64,000 nt of DNA, taken from positions 81,988,711 through 82,052,710 of the forward strand of contig NC_057718.1 in assembly GCF_004010195.1 (NCBI RefSeq). Direction: 5' to 3'. The translations under genes and the position numbers were made by a program. Each line of letters begins with the position of its first letter. Position 1 is the stretch's first letter. This DNA is from Chiloscyllium plagiosum. Lineage: Eukaryota. Shown one piece after another: positions 42,601 through 60,681 of the stretch. The notes beneath the pieces are model-generated. The model had not been told where the DNA came from, ran no database searches, and worked only from the letters and a program-made list of their open reading frames with translations.

Positions 42601-43966
42601 CCATCTCAGACATTCCACAAATTCCTTTTCTGATTTTCCTAGTTCACCTGCATATTGAAATTCCCCCATGATGACTGTGACATTGCCTATCCTATACAGC
42701 TTTTTCTACCTCCTGGTGTATCTTGTGCCCCAGCTGCTGACTACTTTTTGGAGGCCGATACATAACTCCAATTATGGCTTTTTCACCTTTACAGTTCCTC
42801 AATTCTACCCACAGACTCTATACTATCTGACCCTATTCATTTCTTATTATCGATTTAATTTCAATAGATTAGGGTTGTTTTCCAGAGCCAGCCAAGAAGT
42901 GACTTAAACAGTGTCAACAGGGGCTTGGCTAGAGTGGACAGGAATGACCTGTTTCCCCTAGCAGGAAGGTCTATTATTGGCTGCACAGATTTAAGGAGAT
43001 CAGTTGAAGGATTAATGGGGATAGAAGGAAAAACTCTCTCCCCAAAGTGTCGAGAATTTGCTGTTCAATTGTGGTTGAGGCAGAAACCTTTAAAGGAGTG
43101 AGAACATGCTGCTGAAACACTGCAACTGCCAAGGTTTTTGATTAGGTGCTAATAAGTAGGATCAGGATGGAAGTTTATTTTATTCTGCCAGTGTAGACAC
43201 AATAGGCTGAACTGCCTTTAGGTTTTCGACGATTCTCTTATTGTTCCATTAGTGACCAGGCCCTAAACTCAACTGCCTTCCTACATGTCTCTGCCTCTCT
43301 AAATCATTTCTCTCACTCCCACACCTCTTTACTGAGTTTTTGGCCATATGAAGCTCCCTGATTTGTTCTATAAAGTACACATGAAGTTACTTAGGATGTT
43401 CCATTAATAAGTGCAACATAAATAAGTCATAAAAAATAGAAAATACTGGAGAAACTCAGTTTAACATTTCAAGTCAGTTAATACCTCGAGTCAGGAATGA
43501 CTTCTTCAGAATTGAAAGGTGTTGGAAAGTAGATCCTTTTATATTTTTGACAGAAGCAGAGGAGGAGCAAGAGTTCAGAAGGTAGAGGTGCCAGTACAAA
43601 ATACAAAAGGAGTTGTTAACAGTGGAAAAAAAAGAAATGCAAGAAATGTATATTAAGATGTGAAAGGGAGCGAATTGGCCCTTTCTAGTAAGTGCCATGT
43701 AAACAAGACAAAGACGACACGGTTGGGAGACGTGGGGAAGGCAGAAATTAAATACTCCCCATGCTAGAAGTCTCAAATAGCACGGAAATTTTCAGCAGCG
43801 TCTGAAGAGTGAAAACCTTTCTTCAGTAGTGGAATTTTACAACGCGAAAATGGCTCTATCCTGTCATTGTAGCCAGTAACAAGAAGGCAAGAGCTACACA
43901 AAAACATTACCTGCTTTCCAGCCCTACAGAATCTACTGCTTCTTGCTTCACTTTCACATCAGCCAT
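9604..43966 (-). CDS. POLR3F: RNA polymerase III subunit RPC6/RPC39, complete spliced CDS, 9 exons, 314 aa
   Basis: Exons of 56+118+68+68+113+144+108+192+78 = 945 nt join in frame across GT-AG introns into MADVKVKQ...[19 protein letters not shown]...[14 protein letters not shown]...[31 protein letters not shown], which matches vertebrate RPC6 as I recall it. The four C-terminal Fe-S cysteines are present. Confidence 0.98.
9865..10365. mobile_element. Inverted pair of Penelope-type termini split by an antisense CR1 fragment (~9916-10213)
   Basis: Perfect inverted arms tgtggagagaaagcagagttaatgt / acattaactctgctttctctccaca at ~10216-10280; gcaggtctggcagca vs tgctgccagacctgc. Confidence 0.7.
11675..14327 (+). 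mobile_element. CR1/L2-group LINE (APE+RT, decayed) with tRNA-derived 5' head, copy A
   Basis: Box A TGGCATAGTGG 11685-11695, box B-like GGTTTTAATCC 11748-11758; [44 protein letters not shown] motifs. Confidence 0.85.
15002..15193 (-). CDS. POLR3F: POLR3F exon 8 ([23 protein letters not shown]...RTPCGMCP)
   Basis: Acceptor aatctcag, donor gtaagt, 192 nt; ORF 14924..15193. Confidence 0.98.
15257..16740 (-). mobile_element. Tx1-like L1-clade LINE, 5'-truncated, young, with poly(A) end
   Basis: [13 protein letters not shown] and SLYMDDV RT motifs; C-terminus VLYGLFPG...VQDYVLRD...AQWGK; CpG-rich; AATAAA 15285-15280 and A-tail 15264-15257. Confidence 0.9.
17414..17732 (-). mobile_element. HE1-like tRNA-derived SINE
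   Basis: GGTGGCACAGTGGTTAGCAC box A, GGGTTCAATTCC box B, (AATCT)n tail. Confidence 0.9.
18848..19172 (+). mobile_element. HE1-like SINE
   Basis: TGGCTCAGTGGTTAGCAC...GGTTTGATTCC...gcctgtttccacactgtag. Confidence 0.9.
19854..19961 (-). CDS. POLR3F: POLR3F exon 7 ([36 protein letters not shown])
   Basis: Acceptor ttccctatag, donor gtatag, 108 nt. Confidence 0.96.
20304..20936. mobile_element. Possible solo LTR
   Basis: TGTAACA...TCACA termini, flanks aaata/atata, no coding capacity. Confidence 0.35.
22314..22457 (-). CDS. POLR3F: POLR3F exon 6 ([48 protein letters not shown])
   Basis: Acceptor tccttccag, donor gtatgg, 144 nt; inside ORF 22245..22526. Confidence 0.98.
23895..25520 (-). mobile_element. 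CR1 LINE ORF2 (RT) fragment
   Basis: [45 protein letters not shown]. Confidence 0.93.
25722..25834 (-). CDS. POLR3F: POLR3F exon 5 ([37 protein letters not shown])
   Basis: Acceptor tttttcatag, donor gtgagt, 113 nt. Confidence 0.97.
26834..26901 (-). CDS. POLR3F: POLR3F exon 4 ([23 protein letters not shown])
   Basis: Acceptor ttttaacag, donor gtacag, 68 nt. Confidence 0.96.
27130..29135 (+). mobile_element. CR1 cluster: + copy 27130-27985, inverted 3' tail ~28045-28268, young + copy 28270-29135
   Basis: FADDTEIGG; intact 163-aa ORF 28290..28781 ([16 protein letters not shown]...LVRPLLEYC); ctctatgactctatg tail. Confidence 0.93.
29190..29570. mobile_element. Head-to-head Neptune-like Penelope termini with two degenerate hammerheads, inside an antisense CR1 fragment
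   Basis: Minus 29243-29278 and plus AGTC-CTGATGA-A-GGGTTATGCCA-AAAA-CA-TC-GACT 29482-29516. Confidence 0.75.
31753..31820 (-). CDS. POLR3F: POLR3F exon 3 ([23 protein letters not shown])
   Basis: Acceptor ttatttcag, donor gtgagt, 68 nt; end of ORF 31749..32030. Confidence 0.96.
31931..32253 (+). mobile_element. HE1-like SINE, full length
   Basis: Box A/B and (AATCT)3 tail. Confidence 0.92.
33354..36410 (-). mobile_element. CR1/L2-group LINE with tRNA-derived 5' head, copy B
   Basis: Box A TGGCCGAGTGG 36405-36395; head homologous to 11700-12000; APE start ([18 protein letters not shown]), [10 protein letters not shown]; same 3' tail as copy A; head interrupted by a Penelope-type fragment ~36260-36373. 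Confidence 0.85.
36560..36677 (-). CDS. POLR3F: POLR3F exon 2 ([39 protein letters not shown])
   Basis: Acceptor ttttgcttctag, donor gtaggc, 118 nt. Confidence 0.96.
37185..38702 (+). mobile_element. Penelope-like element (Poseidon-type), RT + GIY-YIG remnants, inverted 5' terminal repeat
   Basis: [25 protein letters not shown]; [28 protein letters not shown] at ~38230; 37185-37470 is an inverted copy of the 3' end. Confidence 0.9.
38621..38660 (+). ncRNA. Minimal hammerhead ribozyme motif (core intact, stem II damaged)
   Basis: TCA-CTGATGA-T-GTTAGC-tagtgt-GGTGAA-GAAA-CG-TC-TGA. Confidence 0.7.
39105..42860 (-). mobile_element. Long CR1 LINE ORF2 remnant, split by a DNA transposon
   Basis: [46 protein letters not shown]; sequence rejoins across 39579/40801. 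Confidence 0.93.
39580..40798 (-). mobile_element. Internally deleted pogo/Tigger (Tc1-mariner) DNA transposon
   Basis: TA duplicated (39578-79, 40799-800); TIRs TAGAGGAATTCGATTATTTGAA vs revcomp CAGAGGAACACCGATTATCCGAA; ORF 39921..40343 DIDAWVNCD...[10 protein letters not shown] resembles a Tigger C-terminus. Confidence 0.85.
43911..43966 (-). CDS. POLR3F: POLR3F coding exon 1 ([19 protein letters not shown])
   Basis: aataATGG start context, donor AG|gtaatg, phase 2 matches exon 2. Confidence 0.93.
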
Positions 43967-44760
43967 TATTTCAATATATTGGTGCTGATTCAATTATCAG
44001 CATGACAACATATTGGCGACTGAAGGATTTGTTTTTGGATCTGGTCTACAGTGCTGTTGACGTGCCCCTCGGTCCAATGTTGCAATTCTTGCGTTCGTTG
44101 TATCAAATCTCAGCATCAACGTTCCAAATGCCAGGCTCACCCTCCAACCCCGAGGTTAACGATCCACAGCGTCAACTCTGAGCTGGGGGCCTTTCATTCT
44201 GTCGGCTCAGCCTCTTATTCTGCAAAAAGGCCAGAGATTCATTTGCCAGGCTGCACCCCTCGCTTCTCGTCGTTAATTACAAGGCAGTTCTGAAACTAGT
44301 GAAAAACCAAAGAGGCAGCGGATTAATTCTGTGACCATGTTCTCTGGCAATCTGAGAAGCAGCTATCTAGTTTGAACTGGGGCCTAACCAGAGTTTGGCG
44401 CTTTTGCTGCAAGCCCTGTTATCAAGAGTGGTTAGTTGCAGACTTTGTGTTGCAAAGGACGAGCAATCATCCGAGACAACACGTTTACCATCCCTCTGGG
44501 AGAGGAAAATAGATGTCTTAAAAATGCATTCGTTTAGTTTTGCTTTACGTGGGATCTGATAATGGCGCAGCAAAGTTAAACAAAATCTCATTAACTGATC
44601 AAATTTAAGGAAAGTAATAACGGGGATAAGGGCGAGGAGGAGAAAATGTAGACTGGGTGAGCTTTAATTTCACATCAGGCACAGAAAGAAATAGACGGGG
44701 CGAAAAATTTCGGATTAAGAGAAAATAAAGTAAAAATTAAAAGTTTCTAATTAATTCGTA
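43967..44760 (-). promoter_or_regulatory. POLR3F 5'UTR/promoter region
   Basis: CpG retained relative to background, apparently repeat-free, directly upstream of the ATG; TSS not determinable. Confidence 0.55.
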
Positions 44761-44789
44761 GAGCCAGATAGTTATTCCCATCAATCTGA

Positions 44790-45010
44790 CACTTGAAATG
44801 TGGACGGGCAGGTGTTGGATTGGGGTGACAAAGTTAAAAAAAATCACACACCAGGTTATAGTCCAACAGGTTTATTTGGAAGCACTAGCTTTCGGAGCAC
44901 TGCCCGTTCAACAGGTGATTCTACAACCACCGTATGAAGGAGCAGCACTTCGAAAGCTAGTGCTTCCAAGTAAGCCTATTTTATTATAATTTCTTGTTGT
45001 GGGATTTCTA
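44790..45010. mobile_element. Palindromic pair of Penelope-type termini with two degenerate hammerheads (AGCT family)
   Basis: Minus CAC-CTGTTGA-A-CGGGCAGTGCTCC-GAAA-GC-TA-GTG 44883-44917; plus CAC-CGTATGA-A-GGAGCAGCACTTC-GAAA-GC-TA-GTG 44928-44962; related fragments at ~3510-3600 and 6570-6690. Confidence 0.75.
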
Positions 45011-45424
45011 ACCGTGTTAAAATGGTGAGAGACTAATAACTAAAGTTAGCTTTCTGTGATGATTTTAGTTTATAAAATGCAACGACTTCACGCTATATGA
45101 GCGGCTAGGTAGCTGTTTTCCTGAAACTAACCCGAGCACCATAACTCAGATATCAACATTGTGGACTTTTTAAATTTAACCATGCATTTTCCCTTCACCT
45201 GAAACTATTTCTGCGGAGTCTGACATTTTAAAAAATTATTTATCACAATCCCATTTGGAAGTTAGTCCGAAATCTGATTCTGCCACCCTTTCAGGTTAAT
45301 GCATTTCAGATTTGAATTTTCAAGTTAAAAGATGGGACGAGGAACAAAGATTTTTTGGGGGAATACAAATAAATAAATCACTGGTAATCTAAAGATTGAT
45401 CAAAAAAAGTATGTTTTAAGGTAT

Positions 45425-45738
45425 GATTAGATTAGATTACATTACAGTGTGGAAACAGGCCCTTTCGGCCCAACAAGTCCACACCGACCCGCCAAAGTGC
45501 AACCCACCCATATCCCTACATTTACCCCATACCTAACACTACGGGCAATTTAGCATGGCCAATTCACCTGACCTGCACATCTTTGGACTGTGGGAGGAAA
45601 CCGGAGCACCCGGAGGAAACCCACGCAGACACGGGGAGAACGTGCAAACTCCACACAGTCAGTCGCCTGAGGCGGGAATTGAACCCGGGTCTCTGGCGCT
45701 GTGAGGCAGCAATGCTAACCACTGTGCCACCGTGCCGC
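45425..45738 (-). mobile_element. HE1-like SINE, young (CpG intact)
   Basis: GCGGCACGGTGGCACAGTGGTTAGC...GGGTTCAATTCC; (AATCT)n tail; another 3' fragment at ~47870-47975. Confidence 0.92.
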
Positions 45739-46742
45739 GTATGCTATCAGAATATACAGGTACGATAGTAGAAAGAAAGTTGAGTATACCTTGTAGAGAT
45801 CTTTAAAGTTGTAAAGAAGCTCAATGGGGTAGATGTGGGGAAACTGTTTTCACTTGTGAATGAGGCCAGAGCAAGGGGCAAAAATATAGCCACTAACAGT
45901 ATTTAGAATAATTTCTTTAAATTTTAAATGGGATGATTGAATCAGATATCATTGATAAATTTAAGAAGTAACTTGCAGGATAAAATTATTATAGCACAGG
46001 ACAAAGCCACTCAACTCATTATGTCCATGCTGACGGTGCACCATACTGCCATCCCATTGTCCCAAAACCACATCCCCGCACATTCCTCCTTTTCAAATAT
46101 CCCAATAATGTATAAATGTTTATGGCACAGAAGAAGGCTGTACATCTTTTTCACTTTACGCTGCTGAAAAGTGAGTCAACCTGTCTAATCCTTTTGCAGC
46201 ACTTGGTCCTTAATCTCTGGAGGTTTCAAGTGCCTATCAGAGACCCTTCAAATGCGTTGAAGGTTGCTGCTTCAACTTTTAGACAATGAGTTCCAGACTC
46301 CTACCAGTGCCTGGATGTAAAACATTTTTGTCGTCTCCCCTCCAATCTTCCTAAGAGTCACTTTAAATATATGCACCCCAGTCATAACCCCTCTGCCAAG
46401 GACAAATAGGTTTTTCCCATCCACTCTGTTCAAGCCCCTCTTAACCTGTACACCACAATTAAATCTACCGTCAGCCTCCACCTAAGCCTACCCAATCGTT
46501 CCTCATAGCTGCAATTTTCCAATTCTGGCCACATCTTTGTAACATCTCCTCTGTATCCATTGGATGGCAGTTATATCCTTACTGAAATGAGGGGACAAGA
46601 ACTGTACACAGTACAGTACTCAATTTCTGCTGTAACTAATGTTTCTATATGCCTTCTTAAAGACAATATATATCTGACTCGTAATTGATTATAGGGATTT
46701 GAGGACATGGGGTAATCAGAGTTAGAGGAGATTAGTGTTAGC

Positions 46743-46921
46743 AAGTTGTGAGAAGATTTCTAGCTCAAGTTGAGGTTCTGGATGTAGTTTGCTCGCTGAG
46801 CTGGAAGGTTCATTTTCAAATGTTTCGTCACCATACTAGGTAACATCTTCAGTGAGCCTAGTATGGTGACGAAACATCTGAAAACAAACCTTCTACCTCA
46901 GCAAGCAAACCTACATCCAGA
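46743..46921. mobile_element. Short fold-back Penelope terminus
   Basis: Inverted arms ctggatgtag...tttcgtcaccatactagg / cctagtatggtgacgaaa...ctacatccag. Confidence 0.8.
46816..46855 (-). ncRNA. Minimal hammerhead ribozyme motif
   Basis: TCA-CTGAAGA-T-GTTACC-tagtat-GGTGAC-GAAA-CA-TT-TGA: core and stems I and II intact. Confidence 0.75.
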
Positions 46922-48557
46922 GATTAATGTTGTGTATAAATAAATACTGGTGTAGATCTGGTGAGTCAAGTGACTTGATCCTGTGGTGTAGGTACTATAT
47001 AATTGCTGTAGTGAGGGAATTTCAAAGTAAAAAGGTGCAGGTTGGAATTTGATGTCTTCTCCCACTGTCAGATAGTAATTTTTTCAGAACTTACATCAAA
47101 CAAGAATGGAATGGCGCACATGTTTGTTTGCATTACATTAAAAATATTTTAATCAACTTGTTAGCCACCATATTTTATATTCCAATGAAACTACTTATTT
47201 TTATGCAAACTACTATAAGTACAGCAATCACTCTGGTGTGAGAAAATGAGGAGGGATGTACCAATTGAATAATTGTAGGAAAATGAAAGTTTTAGGTGCA
47301 GGAATTGGTTGAGTTCTTCTGTAACTAGAGGAGTAGTAACAGTTTCATATGGGAATAGTGGTCTAATCTGCATATGTCGTGACAGAGTATCCTATTATCC
47401 AAAACATCCACCCAATTCAGGGGATAATTTTATTATAGCAAACAGGACCCTATGACCCAAATAGGATACCAGATGTCAAATACAGTCGCACTTCTTGTTG
47501 GCCGTTTTGGACACATGATGATCAGTTCCATAGGTAATTGAACCAAAGTTATTTTGTGGGATCCTGAGGAAAAGGAGAGGCAACAAGAATTAAATTGGCC
47601 ATTGCTGACTTGGGAATCCTCCCAACGATTTGCCTTGCTGTAAACTGCCCAATTCTGAATACAGCAAACTATAGAGGACAACTATTTGGCATCCCATGGT
47701 TTATCTGTCAATATTAAACAAGTTTAGAGGACCCGACAACCACCTGGAAAACTCTGGGCAGCCAAGCAGAGCAAGTCAAAACAGATCCATGGGAAAGTAG
47801 AACTTTAGAAGCAAGATTAGGACAATAGGCTCTTCAAGCCTTTTCCACCTTCAGTAAGATCATGGCAGATCTAGATTAGATTTAGATTAGATTACATTAC
47901 AATGTGGAAACAGGCCCTTCGGCCCAACAAGTCCACACCGACCTGCCGAAGCGCAACCCACCCATACCCCTAACTAGATAGGGGTATGGACAATAGGTGC
48001 AGGAGTAGGCCATTCTGCCCTTCGAGCCTGCACCACCATTCAATATGATCATGGCTGATCATCCTTAATCAGTATCCTAAATAGGAACTCCACTTTCTCA
48101 TTCCATAACTTGGAATGGGCAGGTTGTCTTATGAAGAATGGTTTTCAGGTATGAAGAATGGTTTTCAGGCTATTCTTGTATCCACTGGAGTTTAGAAAAG
48201 TGAGAGGTGACTTGATTGAAACAAAAAAAAGATCCTGAACAGTCTTGACAGGGTGCATATGAAAGGATATTTCCTCTTGTGGGAGAACCGATATTTCAGG
48301 GTTACTGTTTACAAATAAGGGGCCACTTATTTCAATCAGAAACAAAGATATTTTTTTCTCACAGGGTTGTGGGTCTTTGGTACTACCATCTTCAAAAAGC
48401 AATTGAAGCAGAATCTTTGAATATTTTAAGACAAAGATTGTTGGATTCTTGATGAGCAAGGGAACTAAAAGTAATTAGGGTGAGGTAGAAATGTGGACTA
48501 ATCAAAATCAGTCTGATCTTAGAGAATGGTGGAGAGGCTTGAGGGGACAAGTGAGGG

Positions 48558-48690
48558 GCCATTCCTGATGAAGGTCTTTTGCCCGAAACATCGATTTTCC
48601 TGCTCCTCAGAAGCTGCCTAACCTGCTGTGCTTTTCCAGCAGCACTCTAATCTTGACTCTGATCTCCAGCATCTGCAGTCCTCACTTTCG
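48558..48690 (+). mobile_element. Neptune-like terminus with hammerhead motif (48561-48596), inserted in a CR1 tail (48100-48740)
   Basis: ATTC-CTGATGA-A-GGTC-tttt-GCCC-GAAA-CA-TC-GATT; imperfect flanking duplication cttgaggggacaagtg / cttgaggagccaagtg. Confidence 0.78.
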
Positions 48691-48749
48691 CCGCCTTGAG
48701 GAGCCAAGTGGTCGACCCCTGCTCCTAAATTTGCATGTGTACACCACAA

Positions 48750-49135
48750 GGTCCCAAGTCTGATTCTTGGCTTCTGTTGAAGTACTTTTAAAAACACAAT
48801 CACTGTTGTAGGAACTAAGAAATGCAGTAACCAATTTGTACTCAGCAAGTTTCCAATAAAAAGTGATAATGATCTGATAATCTTTTTGTTAATTTGTTCA
48901 TGAGGGATAAATATTGGCCAGGATACAAAGGATAACTCACCTGTTCTTATTTACAGTAATGCCATAGAATATTTTATGTCCACCTGAGACAGTAGACAAC
49001 TGTATTTGAACATCTTATTGGAAAGATGGCAGCTCTGATGGTACAGCACTCTCAGTTCTACACTAAGTGCCATATTGTGTTCATTATATGAATCCATAAC
49101 TTTTGAGTCAGAAATAAGACTGCTATGATCTGGAC
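48750..49135 (-). mobile_element. Ancient DeuSINE-like (SacSINE1/AmnSINE1-type) repeat
   Basis: gagtgctgtacc..gagctgccatctttcc...ctcaggtggacataaaa...cctggccaatatttatccctca; similar copies at ~18440, 26050, 53520-53930, 55000-55270 and 61230-61610. Confidence 0.6.
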
Positions 49136-49479
49136 TGCACCTCTTTGCAGTAGATAGTACAATTGCATGTTCAGAAATAGCATATTTTGGCTTAAAACTT
49201 CAACAAAGCATGAGCTACCTGTTTGGGTGGCTTAGCAGAGCTTGTGGCTCATTTTAAAGACTCACTGGACTTTGCCGAACGTTGTGGCCAATATTCATCC
49301 CAATGGCAAACTTTTAGAATGTACCACTGTGCTCCACCACTGGTTGGTTCTGAATATCCGGCATTCTGCCTAGATCAGAGTTCTTAGTCTCTGCTGTCAC
49401 GTCAAATGGTCTAAGTTTGGGAAGGAACTGACGGGATGGACTGAAATGTAAGCCCTGGACACAACTGCTGGTCTTAGTA

Positions 49480-49765
49480 ACCAATCAGGTCTGAGTCTGG
49501 GTCACCCCCATGTCTACCTGCCCACACCTGTGTCCCCTCACCCGCCTCTTCGGCCAGACTCTAACTGCGCGTGCGTCGTTCACAGGCGCCGTTGCTAATG
49601 CCGCTGTAAGAGTTGATTTGATTGCTTGTGGCGGTTGCCAGGCGACAAGAGACGGCCCATCGGAGGAGGCATAGCCGCGCAGTGCGGGTGTTGCCAGGAG
49701 CGACCCTGTGGTGTTCGTGCAAAGCGGCATCTGGATAGAGTCGCAGAACGCTGTTTCTGGTGCGT
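49480..49765 (+). promoter_or_regulatory. Probable DZANK1 promoter and non-coding first exon with two RFX X-boxes
   Basis: CpG-rich patch; CCAAT ~49481; NRF1-like TGCGCGTGCG 49566; X-box-like GTTGCC-A-GGCGAC 49634-49646 and GTTGCC-AGG-AGCGAC 49690-49704; donor CTG|gtgcgt at 49759/49760. Confidence 0.7.
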
Positions 49766-50699
49766 TGGTCTATTATTTATGAAGTGCCAAAATGTAATCA
49801 GTAATAATTGGGTTATTAGTTATTGACACGAGGAGGAGGTTTTAATGATTAAATTATTGGACTATTAATCTCGAGGCCTGGATGAATGAGCCAGAGACAG
49901 TGGGTTTGTGGTGCTGTCTGGCCTGCCTGTTGGCTTGCACTGCCTTGCCTTCAGGAGCTTTGGAGATGGGTTTTTGGGGATAGTCTATTAAAGGTAAATG
50001 AAAGGCCAGTTGTCAGAGGCTGACTGGACTTTTGTTTCATACCCAGGTCTGATACCCAGGGGTGGCTTCTCCTTAGTAGATCATGGTAGGGGAACTCCAG
50101 ATCAGTCTTGTGGCCCTTCCCAGTAAGCGGGTGACAGGTCCCATGGTAGCTGTCACTATTCTTTGCTTGAGCATTTTAAAAGTTGCTGAGTGGATTGCAG
50201 CATTATAGGGCACCTTCTCCCAAGTCTACAACAGTAGGCCTCTGCATCTTTCAAGATGAAGGATTGAGAGTCCACCTGCTGTTCATAATTGGACAGTGAT
50301 TGTGCCCTTTGTCCACTGTTGCTAGTTCAGGGAAAATCACCATTTGGTGACTGCTTCTCGGGGCCCAGACCTGAAATGCAAAATCCTTACCTTGAATTTA
50401 AACCTCCCCATGGCAGCTGGGCAATTTAAATTGTGGTAATTAAATCATTTTGGAATCAAGAAACAGCTATACCCCATATTAGAGCCTGCAAACTACTGCA
50501 TCATAGTGCAGTATAAATCCATCTGGCTTACTAATATTTTACTAATAGAGAATGAAGTCTGCAGTCTCTGTCCTGTTTAATGTATATGTAGCTCCAGACC
50601 CACATAAGTACTGTTGTCTTTCAACTGCCCTCTGAACTGGCCTAGCAAGCCACTCTGTTATTTATAAAATGACTCACCAGAAAGGTAATGAGGGATGAA

Positions 50700-51150
50700 T
50701 GAAAATTATTACCTCATTATTAATTATATTCACTTCCTGCATTAATATGAAAAGTCAGAATTATTAATAAACAATCCTATTATTAATTATCATTAGAGTT
50801 ATAATTGAATCACTAATTAATTGGAGGTTATTTATAATCCATGTAGTTACTGATAATCATTGTAATTTTTAAATATTGGACTTATTGATACTCATTGAGA
50901 TAACAAATTTTCTTTGGCTTGTGTATGCTATGTATTATAAGTATTCATTATGCTACTAACCATCATTTGATATTAATTAGCATTGTTATTTGAATTCTTT
51001 ATGAATAACTACTAGTATTAATAATTGGAGAAATTTATTATAGTATTAAATTAATAATTGAAGTAAATGATTATTAACAACACAATTGGGTGTAGATTGC
51101 TGGGGTTATTTACAATTTTGGGTTCTTTCTTGCTCATAAATTTAATTATT
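50700..51150. repeat. AT-rich low-complexity tract dense in ATTA/TAAT
   Basis: Direct reading of the sequence. Confidence 0.7.
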
Positions 51151-51217
51151 TGAGTTTGTTTGTTGGTGAGACTCCTGCTGTCATTGATAGTTCCTGAATA
51201 ACTTTGTCCTTTCTTAG

Positions 51218-59752
<8,535 letters not shown>

Positions 59753-60560
59753 GTAAGTATATGTAGTAACATACTGTTGATAGGTCACATGTTCCAAGCA
59801 CTGGAGTGAGATTTGGGTAATCCTGAACAGGTTCATAGAAGTTCATTAATTCGTTGCGTGAGTCGAAGAATGATCCATGAGAGATTCTTCTAATGTTGGC
59901 TTCATGAAGGTCCACCTTGTTGGAATAGTGAAAACCATAAAATTGTAATAGCTTGTCATGTCAGTACATAGGAACAGGAAAAGGCGAATTAATCTTTTGT
60001 TTCCCTTTTCTGTTAGGCTATGACCGTTCTACACCTCAGCTTCATTAATCTGCCTCCTTCACTTTATCATCTTGCATTTAGTGGCTTCTGAGGCAGACAG
60101 AGCACATGCATTTCCGTAGCTCAGTTTCCCTGCTACAATCAGTCCAGTTTCCCAATTTCCTGAATGATCAAGATCTAACTTCAAGAATTTAAAGAAAGAG
60201 ATAATTTATAAAACAGCTGATGAAAGTGTGGTGATAGGGAAACACTGTTGTAATTATTTCAATGGCATTAATAATGGATATTTAAAGAAGAAGCCTCAAC
60301 GTTGAAAGCATCCAGTTTGTTTCTTTTTATCTGATTAAATCTTCCAGATTCAATTTAATCAGTTCAACCAAAACACGCCCACATTGTGGACAACATAGAT
60401 TTGATTTCTATAATGTGTTTCTAGGTTAGGTGGGTACACGTGTTCTGTACTATCAATGAATAAGGAGCACTATGGGGCAAACATAGACTGAACATGATTT
60501 ACCCATTTTCCACAATGTAATGAGATTATGTAATGTGATCTTGGCTGATCCACATCCAAA

Positions 60561-60681
60561 GGAGAAAGTGAGGTCTGCAGATGCTGGAGTTCAGAGCTGA
60601 AAATGTGTTGCTGGAACAGCGCAGCAGGTCAGGCAGCATCCAGGGAACAGGAGAATCGACGTTTCGGGCATAAGCCCTTCT
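60561..60681 (-). mobile_element. 121-bp Neptune-like terminus with perfect 15-bp target duplication
   Basis: tgatccacatccaaa at 60546-60560 and 60682-60696; insert near-identical to 62955-63045. Confidence 0.9.
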
